Shown here: positions 1 through 11,095 of the stretch, one piece after another | How positions within the stretch are numbered: position 1 is the stretch's first letter | Layout of the letters: each line of letters starts with the position of its first letter | Assembly (NCBI GenBank): GCA_028534125.1 | Contig: CM052821.1 | Coordinates: 55,304,001-55,368,000 of the forward strand | Direction of reading: 5' to 3' | Length of the DNA stretch: 64,000 bases | From: Lama glama | Taxonomy: Eukaryota | Translations under genes and position numbers: made by a program | Notes under the pieces: model-generated | What the model saw: the letters and a program-made list of their open reading frames with translations, nothing else | Databases searched by the model: none | What the model was told of the DNA's origin: nothing

Positions 1-364
1 CTGAATTCATACTCAAATGACTGACAAAAATGAATTTACCAAAAACATTTCAAATTTTTAACTGTCCATTACAGAACTTGATGTCTTCAAGCCCCTGTTT
101 GTGGGGAGACATTTCCAGTAGCTGGAGCGTCTCTGTGAGAACTACTTTCAGAAAATTCAAAACGTTTAAGCCGTTTGGTGTTACAGGCTTAACCAGGACT
201 GGAGACCTGCCCACGGACGGCTTCTGGTTTGGGTTTTCTGAGGGGTCGGGGGGAAGTCTAAAATTTTACCTTCGTGGAGAGGCAAGTGTTCACTGCAGAG
301 GGAAGACTAGCTCACACACGGTTTGGATGCTTACGAACTGGCCAAGTGTTTGTAAGGAACTCCC

Positions 365-790
365 ACCGCCTTTCGGTCTGCCGCCCGCGGCGCCGGCGCG
401 GGAGCAGGGCGGGCGTGCGCATGCGCGCCCGGCTCGCGCCGGGAGCGGCCCGGCCTCCCCGCCGCCCGTGGGCGCCGCCCTCCGCCCGCGCCCTCTCAGC
501 GGCTTTACCTTTTCTCTCGGGTGGTTTGAAGAAGTCCGCCGAGAAGAAGACCGAGGACTCCAGGTCTTTCGGGAACTTGCCCCGAAGGTCCTCGAACCGC
601 GGCACCCTGGCTCCAGTGAAGTTGAACTTGTTGAAGACGTCGACAGCGAGAACTGCGCGGACAGGTGCATCCATCACGCGCGGCTCCCGGGCCCTCCCGC
701 GCGGAGCCCGCCCGGACCCTTGCCGTCCCGCCCGACCGGAACGGCGGTCCCCGATCATCTCTGACACGGAGCCTCCGTCCACCTTCCTGC
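365..790. promoter_or_regulatory. Intragenic CpG island spanning exon 20, with NRF1 palindrome and GC boxes
   Basis: Very dense CpG in intronic sequence at 380-500 and 655-780; TGCGCATGCGCG at 416-427; several GGGCGG/CCGCCC. Confidence 0.65.
509..652 (-). CDS. CELSR1: CELSR1 exon 20 (144 nt): GAIN domain
   Basis: Acceptor cgcag|TTCTC, donor AAAG|gtaaag; ILAVDVFNKFNFTGARVPRFEDLRGKFPKDLESSVFFSADFFKPPERK. Confidence 0.94.
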
Positions 791-2340
791 GTCCTCTAAA
801 CCTGCTGGGCCCCAGGTGGCGTGCCTAGCCTTGGAGAAACACGGGCCACGTGCCTTGGAGCTCGGAGGGCGGGACAGAGAGCAGGGTGCCCCCGGCCCCC
901 ACCGCACGGGCATGTCACCTCCCTGCTCCTGTGTCCTTGCCAGGCTGCAGAGATGGACTGCTACAGAATCAACAAATCTTAGAAACCCTAATTCTCTCTG
1001 CCTCCGTCTGGAGGAGGCAACTGGGCAGGCGCTAAGACATCGGAAGGGGCTCGGCATTTGTGTGTGTTTGCCGACAGGCCAAGTCTGAGGCTGTGCCTTT
1101 CCGTCAGTGCTGACGGCCACTGCTCTGAGGGCCTGATGACGAAAAGGCTGACTGCCATCCCAGCGGGTCCAGGGTGATCCCTAAGTCATCTGCTGAGCTG
1201 TCCGATTCAACTCTGCCAATGGAAAGGGTGCCCTCGAGTTACTGCATGAGACGGGCTGTGCTCCCACCTGAGACTCTGGGTGGCCAGGGTTGGTGGGAGC
1301 CCTGGAATGTGGGAGGCAGGGCACAGGCAGGAGCCAACGGCCCCGAGGAAACGGGAGGATGGACAGGGATGACCAGCAGCCTGAGCACAGGGAGATCTAA
1401 GGAGAAAGGTCTTGGCCCAGCACAGGGGGATGGTCCCAACCCTAGAGGATCAGGGATGGACGCTGGAGGGGGTGCGGGCAGAGGTGGGCGGCAGACTTGG
1501 CCCAGACCTGCCTGAGGGCTCTGGAAGGGGCTGGGAGGCAGGCTGCACCAGGTGCCCGTGTCCTGTCCAACATTTGTCCAGCTCTGCGAGGCTCTCTCCA
1601 GGGACAGAAGCAGGAATGCCGTGGCGCTCACCCTGCTCTCCTGCCCCAGTAAAGACAGGGTCCTGAGCCCACCTCCACCCCAGTGCAGGGCAGGTGGGAT
1701 CCTGGGCTCAGGGGGGCCTGAGAGGTGCAGACCTGCCCGAACATCTCTGGGTTAAAGGCTCAGGCCCTTCCGGTGATAGATAATTGGATAAATCAAGAAG
1801 CGACGCCCCAAGAAAAGGCAGTCCTTTGGTCCTGCCGGAGTCCCTGATGTGCGGGCTTAATAAGCAACTGCAGGAGGAAACCAGCTGCCCTGATGGTGGG
1901 AGGACCCTCCAGGGACCTCGCTGCTCTGTCCATGCGGGTGGGGCTGGTTCTAGCCTCGGGGCTTCCTCCCCAGGAAGCCAACTGCTTAGCCCTGACCCCT
2001 GGAGCAGCACATCCTAGGCCCTCGGGGTGACTTGGTCCACAGGTGTTTGCTTTGCTAATAGCTCAGCTCCCAGCCAGGGAGAGATGCATTCCCCCTCCGC
2101 CCAGGTGTCAGCTGCCTGTCCCTGTCCCTCCCTGGGTCTGTGCATCTAGTGAGCCTGGAGGCTGGTCCTGCGGCCAGACCCTCCCCAGCCACTTCCCTGG
2201 ACAGCCCTACACCCAGCTCTGAAAGACCACAGACCACCAAGATCTTGCCAGAGTGCTGACCCTTTCCCAAGAGATGGCTGAGCCCCAGGGTTCGGCCAGC
2301 GCAGTGCCCCCACCGCCCGCCTGCTGGTCCGCAGCCTTAC

Positions 2341-2524
2341 TCATGTTGGAGGTGACAATGACAAAAGGCCTCAGGTAGGTCTTCCGCAGGTTGCGGGCCA
2401 CGTTGCTGAGATAGGCCTCGAAGCGCCTCAGCAGGCGCGCGGTGCCCCCCTCACTCCGCTGAATCTGCTCCCACGCGGCCCTGGTGCTCGGGGCCAGGAG
2501 CGCGCTGCCCGCGCGGATGACGTC
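2341..2524 (-). CDS. CELSR1: CELSR1 exon 19 (184 nt): GAIN domain
   Basis: Acceptor accag|GACGTC, donor ATGA|gtaagg; DVIRAGSALLAPSTRAAWEQIQRSEGGTA...YLRPFVIVTSNM. Confidence 0.95.
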
Positions 2525-2764
2525 CTGGTCAGACAGACAGATGGCACTCACGTCACACATGCGGCCGGCCCGTGGAGGCCTGGCTCACTCACTGGGGCAC
2601 AGGCTCTAGAAGGCATTCTGCTCTCAGGACCAGGCGGGGCCAGGACAGAGATGGGCAGAGACTGGGGGTGGTTTCATCTCAAAGGCGGGAGACGGGTGTC
2701 AGTGGGGAAAGCTTTCTGGGGGTCTCGCCGTGTGCATCCCGAGACACAAAGGGGAGAAGGCACC

Positions 2765-2915
2765 TCTTAGTAGCTGCGTGCCCTTGGCTCCCTGTGCCTC
2801 AGTTTCCTTAACTGTAAAATGGGGCGAGAGCTGAGCTACATCACAGGATGCAGGGAACAGTGGACTAATTCACATAAACCACCGAGAACACTGGCGCGAG
2901 AATACGTAGCGGTCA
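2765..2915 (+). mobile_element. MIR SINE relic
   Basis: ctgtgcctcagtttccttaactgtaaaatgggg resembles the MIR core; boundaries approximate. Confidence 0.65.
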
Positions 2916-3193
2916 GCTGACGGCGGCCATCACTGCCAGCATCATCAAGTCTGTGACCTGCACGTTCCATTCCTTCCCCAAAACACTCCTAATGCCCGTA
3001 ATCAGTTTTGCTGGTCCCTGCACTGGTCTGGACACATATTTGAAAAGGGCAGTCATTTCTTGAGGACACTGGACACGACCATGATTCACAGCCGAGTGAG
3101 GGCTCCCGGCTGTCCTCCAGCCCCAGCTGGACACCCGAGCTTGCAGCTCATCCGGGACACGTGGCGCTTCCTGTCTGCCCGCCTCCCTCCTAC

Positions 3194-3403
3194 CTCATGG
3201 AAGGTGGCATCCCGCGTGGCCGCCAGCTCGAAGCCCTGCTGGCCGCTCTCGTGCAGCAGGATGTGGGCCAGCAGCTGGTAGGCCGTCCGCACGTCGCTGC
3301 CGAAGAGTGTGTCTGGCTGCTGCGTGGCACTGCGCAGCGCCTGGGCCAGCCGCAGGGACCGGTCGCCGTCCATCCGCGTCTCGTTCCGGCTCAGCTTCTC
3401 GTT
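3194..3403 (-). CDS. CELSR1: CELSR1 exon 18 (210 nt): GAIN domain
   Basis: Acceptor tccag|AACGAG, donor TGAG|gtagga; NEKLSRNETRMDGDRSLRLAQAL...QQGFELAATRDATFHE. Confidence 0.95.
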
Positions 3404-3874
3404 CTGGAACGGGGAGCGAGCACGGTGTCTGCAAACCCACAGCAGCTGTCCTGGGCCCCTCTTGTCACTCAGAACCTGCTACTCTCCAGGGGAAATGTCC
3501 TCATCAGAAGAGAATTTAAGAATCCCAAACCCCCAAGGTGAACTCAGGCCGATGACCATGGCACGAGACAGGAGCATTTGTCAGGCCATAAAGTGCTTGG
3601 AAAAAGACACCAAGTGGAAAAAGGGAGAGAGGATGACGCAGTGAGCCAAGAGCGGGGGGCAGGGAGGTGGCTGGGACACGGGGACCCTGCATCCACAGGC
3701 TCAGACGCAGAGCAGGGTCTGGAAAGGAGAGAGGAGACGGCTGCCGCAGGTGCCCCAAACAGATGTGATTTTTCTGGGGCCATGCTGGGCTGGGACCAGC
3801 ACGATCCTGGCTGCCTGGTCGCCCACCCCTTCCTGGAACCGCATACGCACACACATCCCTCGGGTGCAGCCTAC

Positions 3875-3969
3875 CAGGGCTTTGAGGTCCACAAAGGAGG
3901 CGGTAGTGCAGTTAAAGAGCTCCGGGGGCAGCCAGCCCTTCTCCCCGCTGCAGTGCCGGACAGCGTTTC
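3875..3969 (-). CDS. CELSR1: CELSR1 exon 17 (95 nt): hormone-receptor motif
   Basis: Acceptor gctag|GAAAC, donor CCTG|gtaggc; GNAVRHCSGEKGWLPPELFNCTTASFVDLKAL. Confidence 0.95.
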
Positions 3970-4628
3970 CTAGCGAGCAGAGACACACACAGACACACAG
4001 AGACACACATAAATCCTGAAATCTGAATTGTTAATTCACCCCTCGGCTGGCCCAGGACCAGCAGGTGCCACAGCCATGAAGCCAAAGCAGCTCTCTTTTC
4101 TCAGGCCTGGGGCCACGTCTACAGCTGTCTGACGTTCACAACAGGCCTTACAGTTGGCCTGAGCTGCCCAGCACTAGGAGTGCACATCTGAGCAAATCCA
4201 AGAAAGCAGAGATCACTGAGTGGCTGGCGGAGGACCCACCAAGTCTGCAGCACTGCCCACCTGCCGGGGTCTGAGGGAGGGCTGTGTGCATCCCTTGCAC
4301 CATCTCTGGGACCTCCCCACGCCCCTTGAGGCACAGGCACAGCTCCTGTCCCCCTTTTACAAAGAGATCCCAACTCTGAGAATGGTGAGCAGCTTCCCTG
4401 GGTCCCCTGGCCACTACACTCTCCATGTTTTCATCATGCTCTTTCCAGGTTTTGTCATTTACGACTGAGGAAAAGGTTCTTACTCCCCCCAGCACACTGG
4501 CTACAGAAACAGCTTCAGCATGGAACATCCCGTGAGTGCGATGCCTCGGCCAGCTCTCCCGCACGCCACACGCCTCCATCTGACGTCCTGCCTGGAATGG
4601 GCCCACAGCCACACACCGTGGTACTTAC

Positions 4629-4730
4629 CCACTGACCCTTTGGGGCACGGCACCGCGGCCGGCTGCCCGAACTTGGTCTGCGGCCACCAAATGCCAGCCT
4701 CAAATGCCCTGGGACACCCGTTGTAGATCA
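4629..4730 (-). CDS. CELSR1: CELSR1 exon 16 (102 nt): hormone-receptor motif
   Basis: Acceptor cctag|TGATC, donor GTGG|gtaagt; VIYNGCPRAFEAGIWWPQTKFGQPAAVPCPKGSV. Confidence 0.95.
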
Positions 4731-4996
4731 CTAGGGCACAGAAGAAGGAAGGCCCTCAGCCCAGCACAGCCGTGCCCACAAACGCCTCCCACAGCTCTCT
4801 ACAAACCCCTCCCGGGAGGGGGCCCCGCCCCCACCAAGAACGGGACCCCTCGCATCTCTCTCATTTGTGTCAAAGCCGGGGGTGGGGGTGACCCAGGCTC
4901 CGACCACGCCTCCTGGAGGGCCAGTTAATAGAAGGTCAAGCAGACCCTGTTGGACCACGAGGCCGCAAGGATCCTCCGTACCCCAGGGGTATGTGG

Positions 4997-5046
4997 TACA
5001 CACATTCACACACACTCACACACACATAGACACACACTCACACACA
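4997..5046. repeat. Imperfect (CA)n tract
   Basis: acacacattcacacacactcacacacacatagacacacactcacacac. Confidence 0.85.
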
Positions 5047-5095
5047 GTGGCCCATCCCTGCCCTGCCGCCTCAGGGTGTCCAGGGCATTGCTGAC

Positions 5096-5279
5096 CTTCA
5101 CAGCCAAGGACCGTGACCTCGGCGAAAGGGTTGTCGCAGCGATTGCACTGGCGGCCGACGACACCGGGCTTGCAGGTGCACTGGCCGGAGTCCATGTCGC
5201 AGGCGCGGCTGTGGGAGCCGTGCGGGAAGCAGTCGCACGGCAGGCAGGCGTCCTGCTCCGGGGGCCGGTAGTAGTTCTC
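5096..5279 (-). CDS. CELSR1: CELSR1 exon 15 (184 nt): laminin-type EGF
   Basis: Acceptor tgcag|GAGAAC, donor GAAG|gtcagc; ENYYRPPEQDACLPCDCFPHGSHSRAC...CKPGVVGRQCNRCDNPFAEVTVLGCE. Confidence 0.95.
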
Positions 5280-5964
5280 CTGCAAAGGCCAGAAGCGGCC
5301 CAGGACCTCAGACATGGGCAGAGGCCCTGCCTCTGGGGGACCAGAGGGCCCAGCCCGGCTGCCCGGGATCAGCGCTGCCCTCCGCCCAAGGTCTCCGGCC
5401 GGAGGCTCCGGACGGGCGGCTGTGTCCTCAGGGAGACTCTCCCTCTCTCATGTCCCAGCAGACGCTCACTGTGGGCCCCTCTGTCCTAAAAAGGACCAGA
5501 GATTCAAATGGACACCTACGCAAAAGGGTGCCGGCAGGGCTGATGGATTTTTTTTTTCTTTTTTTAATTGTGAGAAATCAGAAGCCGCCTGCAGGTGGTC
5601 ACTGGACAGGTCAGGGCGAGGTCAAGGGCATGGGCTTCAGTTTTGCAAAGTCATGGATTTAGGCCCAGCTTGGCTGTTCACTGGCCACATTGCCCTTGCC
5701 AGGTCACTTGGCCTCCCGAGGTCCAAGGGTCTCCTCCCGAAAGCGGAGACAGGCTGTGACTTCGGCAGACTCGTGGCCAGTGACAGTGACACGGGCTTCT
5801 GTGCCCGGCAGAGACATGGGACAATCCCACGGGAGGTCCAATTGTGTGTCTTTCAGTGCCTGGAGGAGCCACTAAATATGTACAGTCACTCTGGGAGGGG
5901 TCACAGGGGTCACTGTCACTGTTTACAGCCCTTCTTGCATTTTTCTATGTATTTTTTCTTTAAA

Positions 5965-6105
5965 AAAATGTTTAATTTTTATTTTTTGATTTACACTTGT
6001 ATTAGCTTCTGGTGTACAGCCTCATGATTCAGTTACACGTATATATACATATTCTTTTTCATAACAGGCCACTACAAGCCATTGAGTATAGTTCCCTGGG
6101 CTATT
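5965..6105 (-). mobile_element. Short L1 3'-end fragment
   Basis: T-rich tail followed by ttctggtgtacagc...gattcagtta...agtatagttccctg, the reverse complement of the L1 3' UTR at 30950-31125. Confidence 0.7.
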
Positions 6106-6896
6106 TTCTGTAATTTTTTATGGAAAAAACTCTAAGCATGTTTCCCCTAGTGCCCTCCCCACTTTCCTCCTGCCCACGTATGCCACGGCCACCACCTCGG
6201 GCCACGTGGCTTGTGTGGTCCTCATCTGCTAGGGCATTGTGATTTTTCAGGAGAAAAGCCACGCACAGAGGCACACGTGGGACATGACAGACGTTAGACA
6301 GAGCACTGGGGGCGTCAGAGCTGCCCTTCCTGGGTCAGCAAACCCGGCCACATGACAGTGTGTCCCTCTGAGTGGTTACAGACAGAACTTCCCTCTGGGC
6401 TTCAAGTTGCCCATAGCTGACGTGGGACACATCCTGAAGGCATGGGGTGTTTCCCGGGAGGCCGAGGGGTTCCATGTGATCTGGACTGAGAACACTGCAG
6501 CTCGTTCCAAGACCACGAGGAGGTGACCCCCACCCCACCCGGGAATGTCAGGCACCCGAGGTGGGGGTGTGGGCTGAGCTCCTCATACTTTGCATTCTGG
6601 TCCTCGCTGAGTGCTGGTCTGATGAGAGAAAATGGCCCACCGGCAGAACCACGGCTGACAGAGATGATGCCAGACTCACAGAAACTGCTCGCTTTCTGGG
6701 GACCGTGTGTGGGGCTGGGGACTTGAGTTCCCACGGTTGGAGCCAGCACACAGGTGAAAACCGGGCCTGGGGCATGTACACTGCGCGGGGGGTCAGTGAA
6801 GACACTGGGCCCCGTTAGTAGCTGAGTGTGTGTGTGCAGGTGTCCGGGGAGACGTGTGTGCAGGTGTGTGTGCACCCACCTGCAGCCTGGCCTCAC

Positions 6897-7017
6897 CTTG
6901 CACTGACACTGTCCGTTGGTCTTGTTGCAGTCGGGGTCGAAGCCTTTGTTGACGGCACAGTGGCAGGGTCCACACACGGGGTTCCCCCACCAGCCTTTGG
7001 GGCACGGAAGGTCGATC
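6897..7017 (-). CDS. CELSR1: CELSR1 exon 14 (121 nt): EGF/laminin-EGF-like repeat
   Basis: Acceptor aacag|GATCG, donor CAAG|gtgagg; IDLPCPKGWWGNPVCGPCHCAVNKGFDPDCNKTNGQCQCK. Confidence 0.95.
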
Positions 7018-7903
7018 CTGTTGGGAAAATTTGGGAAGGAGAGGAACCCTGGAGGCCTGGGCCTTGGCCGGTCTAGTTCTGGGCACCACCCTCCCCCTTG
7101 AGTGGTCTGTTTCCCCCTCGGTGGCCCCCCACCTGCAGGACTTAGAGTTTCGCATTGTATGCCCAGACTTTCGGGCCGCCCTTCTGGAATGGTTCTACCA
7201 TTTCTGTTCCTAAGTTTAAGGATACTGTTCCTTAAAATAGTTTGTCTTTTCATATTTTTTCTTTTACCTGGAAGATAGAGGTGAGTACCCCCAGCTCAGC
7301 TTCCAGAAAGCACTGGCGCCCAGCTCACAGGGGGTGGGGTGCTCAGTGACGGCTAGCCAGCCCCTAGGCCAGCTCTTCATAATCCAGCCCTCCCAGAGCA
7401 GAATGAACCCAGCTGCCCTGACAACCTTCCAGGACCCAGGCATCCACCAGCACAAGACACCCAGCGGGATTTGCATCATCAGTGGTCCCCAGGTCCCCAG
7501 GGCAGATGGTGACCACATCCCCATGGATGCTCAGAGCAGCCTTTCCAGGGAGGCAGAGCAGCTCCGTGCAGCCCCAGGTGGACTCAGTGGGCTCAGAGCC
7601 GCACTCCGGCCCAGTCCTGCCCTCGAGAAAGCCCAGCAGACCCTGAGATGGGCAGCGTCCCCGGTGACGGTGCCAGGCCCCTCCGACGCGCTGGCTGCTG
7701 CCTGCGGCCGTCACCCCAGCCTGGCTCCCAGCTGGACCGCTCACCTGAGGGTCACCTGCTGACCCGCCTGCCTGTAGGAAGCCCCCTTCCCCCCACGTGT
7801 CCTTCAGGCTCCTCAAAATGCGTGCCGCCCTGTGTTTAGGATCCTGGCTAACAGCGTTCCCTCCGCCCACCCCCATACCCACTCATTCGTCTAACCAGCA
7901 ATT

Positions 7904-7992
7904 TTCTTTTTTAGCAGAGGGACTGGGGATTGAGCCCAGGATCTCGCGCATGCTAAGCACGCGCTCTACCGCTGAGCTGTACCCAACCCTAC
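7904..7992 (-). mobile_element. tRNA-Ala(AGC)-derived SINE (camelid Vic-1-like)
   Basis: Reverse complement gggtacagctcagcggtagagcgcgtgcttagcatgcgcgagatcctgggctcaatccccag plus A tail; TSD aaccagca(a/g)tt at 7893-7903 and 7993-8003. Confidence 0.85.
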
Positions 7993-9164
7993 AACCAGCA
8001 GTTATGAAGTCCTGACCTTGTATACACTAGGGGCATAGAAATGACCCGGACAGGGTTGGGGCTCCAGTCTGGCGTTTACTGACCCACATTTATCACGTAG
8101 GGAGCGCAGACCCTCGGGATCATACCCCTTCTCACTGCCTCCTCAGCCCTGCACCGCGGGCCGCACCAGCCTCAGGGACGTCACAGCCTCCTGGCTGCGA
8201 CCCTTGCCTCTGCCTTCCGTCTGCTCAAACCACACTCCACACGTGAGCCAGGGGTGCTTTGACACCAAGACCTGATACGCCACTTTTCTGCTGGGCCCCC
8301 ATGGCCCCTCAAAAGCTAAGCTCTGTTCCTGGGTTGCAGGCAGGCCCCCGCCCAGGCCTTGTCTCCCCAGTGCAGAACATGCCTAGGACAGCACACGCCA
8401 GCTCTGCCCGGGGACTCTGCCTGCTAGCTCATCAGACCAGCCTCATCCCATCACGGCTCTCCAGCTAAGCCCCATTGGTTCCCCAGGAACGCCCTCTCCC
8501 TGCAGCCTCCCTGACTCCCATCCTGCCATCACCCAGCGGGCTGTGCGGTGCCAAGGACACTGGCTGCCTCCCGCTCACGGTGGGGTTACGGCGCACTCTC
8601 GTCCCCAGGGGACAAAGAGCAGAGCAAGGTGTCCCTGACTGCACCCACACGGCTCCTGCTCCAGGAAGGATGGCACTGGCCGAGGACCACCAGCCATGAC
8701 TGCATCACCGCCCAAGGGGCTGGAGTCCTGATGTGTGAAGACCCTAGTGGCCCCACCTGCCAGAACGTGATCCACCTGTGATGACTACACACCTGGGCTC
8801 CTGGGGCCTGGAGAGCACGAGGCTCCCCGATGAGCTGCACCAGGACCACGTGCAGTCAGGTGACTGCAACCCCGCGACTCGAAAGATCAATGTGTCCTGT
8901 GACTACATGCCTCTTCCTGCATCTCAGCGCCTGCCTGCTCTGGCAGCAGGGCAATAGATAAACGAGTCACATTGTACGTTTCTGGGGTGGAAATGTGCTC
9001 AAACCGGGTTAGTGTGAGACGCCCAACTGGATTCTCACTTACGTCACACCAGATTGAAAAAAAATGTCCCTGTGATCCAGATTCACGTGTATTCGGGGTT
9101 TAAACAACAGACCAGGGCAGGGGAAGCAGCCGCGGGGACCCTGGAGTGGGGGGCGTCCGCTCAC

Positions 9165-9306
9165 TTGTTCTCGCAGTACTGCCCGTAGTGGCCGGACCCG
9201 CACTCGCACACGTAGCCCCGCGGGGACTCGGGGCTGTGCACGCAGGCCGCGACGTGCTTGCAGGGGTTCACGTGACATGCGTCCACGCACTTCCTCCCGA
9301 AGTACC
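9165..9306 (-). CDS. CELSR1: CELSR1 exon 13 (142 nt): EGF6
   Basis: Acceptor tgcag|GGTAC, donor AACAA|gtgagc; manual translation GYFGRKCVDACHVNPCKHVAACVHSPESPRGYVCECGSGHYGQYCENK (this frame is not in the ORF track). Confidence 0.94.
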
Positions 9307-9872
9307 CTGCAGGGACAGGCCAGCGTTACCCCACCCAGACCCCGCCTCTGGCGTTGCAAGCCCGCCGCCCGGACCGAGACCCCCTAAGTTAGGATCCTCC
9401 AGCAGTCTCCCCGAGACTCGGCTCCCCACGCTGCTCCGCAGAGGAAAGCAGCCACGTCCCAGGAGTCCCAGGAAACACAGACACCCAGCGGGTGGGTCAG
9501 ACCTGACGACGCGGCGTTGAGAGCCTCCCAGGCTGCCCCCCTCAGGAGGGAGGGGCACACGGTGAGCAGGCCCCGGCCGAGCACGACTGCATCCCCTGAG
9601 TGCAGGGGCGGTCGCAAAGTGTTATTTTTCAGCGTGTGCTCTTCACTTAGTCTCCCCAACGTTGTGTGTGCCAGGAGGGTGCAGCCGGGAGTGTCCCCTG
9701 TGCCCCAAGTGAAGAGGCAGGAAGACAAGGCCACTCCCAGTTGCGAAACAAAGCTCAGGGCGCCAGGGACCCACAGGGCGGGGACGGGGAAGCCAGTGCG
9801 GAGACTTGGCTTCCACCCCAGAGCCGTCGCCCTCCGCTGAGTGGCATCAGGGAACGGGCCGTGGGCACCCAC

Positions 9873-10047
9873 CTCTGTCGCAGACGCAGGAGTAGCCGTC
9901 CCAGGTGTTGTGGCAGCGGCTGTGCTGCGGGCAGGGGCTGGAGGAGCACGGGTCCTCCACGTCACAGCCGTCCTGCACCCTGACCTTCAGGGCGTCATTC
10001 ATGTTCAGCGTGGCGATGTTGGTGGCCGTCTCCCCCATCCTCACTCC
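9873..10047 (-). CDS. CELSR1: CELSR1 exon 12 (175 nt): end of LamG2 and EGF5
   Basis: Acceptor cgcag|GGAGTG, donor AGAG|gtgggt; GVRMGETATNIATLNMN...DPCSSSPCPQHSRCHNTWDGYSCVCDR. Confidence 0.94.
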
Positions 10048-10981
10048 CTGCGTCAGAAAAGGGCAACTAGGGTCAGCCCCAGGGCCCTGGGGCTGGGGGA
10101 ACCCCGAAAGGGAACCAGGGGCTCCGGGAACCTCAAATGCTCTGGGGTCTCCCATTTCAAAAGCGATGATGCCTCATCTATGAAGTGCTGAGACTTGTCG
10201 GGGGAGGGGCGCAGAGGGGGTGGGGGTGAGGGCAGGAATGAGGGCACTTCTCCATCCGTTGGCCCTGGGTCCCAGGCAGGGGACAGGCCACCTGGAATGA
10301 AGACGGAATGAGTCCTTGTTCTGCTAAGCCCATGGCGAGAGTCACAAAGGAAGAATGATGTGGATGGCGGGAGAGCATGGCGGCGGATGAAGGTGGGAGG
10401 GGCGGATGTGCAGGGGGGCGTCCCGGGGTGGGGGCGACCATGTGAGGCTCGCGGCGCCGGCTCACCAGGGTGCGGCGGCGCAGGCAAAGGAACTAAGGAG
10501 TTATTTCCTGCGCTGGGGGGCCGGGGGCGAGGGGAGCAGGAGGACGTGACTGTGACTTTACAAACAGCTCCTCCGGCTGCTGCTAGAATGGCGGGCCTCA
10601 GGGACGAGCCGGGGACCCGTTCGTGAGCCTAGGGGTTGCAGGCAGCGAGGGCGGACTCCAGACAAGACTCGAAGGCAGAGCTGCGGGTGGACGACCGTGG
10701 TGTGATGCGGGGAGGGTGCGGGAGGGGAACAGGGAGCCTGGGGAGGGAGGAGGGCTCTAAGTGGAAACAGGGTGTGTCAGAGTTGGGTTGGCGATAGACA
10801 GCTATTCGTTTACTGAAAAGTAGCAGGACACCAATGACACCCAATACGGTGCTGGCCGGCCCTGGGCCGGCCCTCGGGGCTGGGGTGGCGGGGAGGGTGG
10901 CGGCGGCAGGCCACCCACTGCAGTGCTGGCCAGCCGTGGGGGCCGGGGTGGCGGGGAGGGTGCAGCGGCAGGCACTCGCAC

Positions 10982-11095
10982 CTTCATGCAGCCCCGGAAA
11001 CCACGGCGCACGGAGACCTTGTCTTCAGACACGCCACCCACGATGATGCTCCTCATTCTCAGCCCGGGAAGCTGGTTTCCGATCTGCACCGTCTC
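10982..11095 (-). CDS. CELSR1: CELSR1 exon 11 (114 nt): LamG2
   Basis: Acceptor tgcag|GAGACG, donor AAG|gtgcga; ETVQIGNQLPGLRMRSIIVGGVSEDKVSVRRGFRGCMK. Confidence 0.94.

Noticed and set aside
30-828. Plus-strand 244-aa and 184-aa ORFs over the CpG island
   Set aside because: Stop-codon depletion in very GC-rich sequence; no homology recognised.
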